Assembly (NCBI GenBank): GCA_026026165.1
Contig: JAPEUD010000020.1
Coordinates: 1-64,000 of the forward strand
DNA from: Sarea resinae
Taxonomy: Eukaryota
DNA: 64,000 bases
Reading direction: 5' to 3'
Both the position numbers and the translations under genes were made by a program. Below, piece after piece: positions 63,610 through 64,000 of the stretch. The notes under the pieces were generated by a model. It had not been told where the DNA came from and ran no database searches. It worked only from the letters and a program-made list of their open reading frames with translations. How positions within the stretch are numbered: the first letter of the stretch is position 1; each line of letters starts with the position of its first letter.

Positions 63610-63903
63610 CCGCCGGGTGGGGCATTCTCCTCCCATGGCTATCAGCAGCGCCGTATGATGGCAGCTTTCCGGTTTCTCGCACATAATCCCATTGCCCTGC
63701 CGAACCTTGCAGCTGTCAGCATACACCTAATAATATCAACCTTACATCAACACGCACGTCGAGTATGGTTGGAGGCCGTAGAGGTGTCTTCAGCTATTGG
63801 GAACCCCATCAGGACGAAAGAGCTTCTTATTTGCATAATCCTTCCACTGCAGCCTTTTTTCCATGTTCGCTTTGATTTTTCTGTATACAATTTTGCTATC
63901 CTC

Positions 63904-63905
<2 letters not shown>

Positions 63906-63937
<32 letters not shown>
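63906..63937. repeat. Poly(C) homopolymer
   Basis: About 32 consecutive C. Confidence 0.9.
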
Positions 63938-64000
63938 ATATGCCCATCACCCCAGCATTTCCGGCCATGATCAAGATACGAGGAGCGCGGTTTGCTTTTT

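Overview
Filamentous ascomycete (Pezizomycotina-like) genomic DNA with spliceosomal GT-AG introns, in three blocks. (1) 1.9-10.3 kb: a compact carotenoid/retinal cluster: phytoene desaturase carB, lycopene cyclase/phytoene synthase carRA and a divergent carotenoid oxygenase carX. No opsin gene is visible in the window. (2) About 10.5-36.5 kb: an accessory island dominated by at least 7 separate, mostly broken pieces of one intron-free Upf1/DNA2-like (SF1B, AAA_11/AAA_12-type) helicase family with an unrecognised N-terminal region. It holds one near full-length copy (13.5-16.9 kb; one nonsense codon, two frameshifts), one copy that can be rebuilt from three scrambled and inverted pieces (27.5-32.2 kb), and several mosaic fragments. 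It also contains a Ty1/copia integrase remnant, a decayed C2H2 zinc-finger sequence, RIP-like AT/TpA-rich tracts and an apparently intact AsaB-like oxygenase + DHA2 MFS pair. The island ends beside an intron-containing tRNA-Tyr(GTA) and a decayed duplicate of it. (3) 38-64 kb: ordinary gene-dense sequence (RPS4, DHA1 MFS, amidoligase-like, DOPA 4,5-dioxygenase-like, GPI-anchored GH18 chitinase, MIX17-like, UBX protein, SHY1/SURF1, CENP-T, CMS1, CFEM protein). All alignments were done by eye; no database searches were run.
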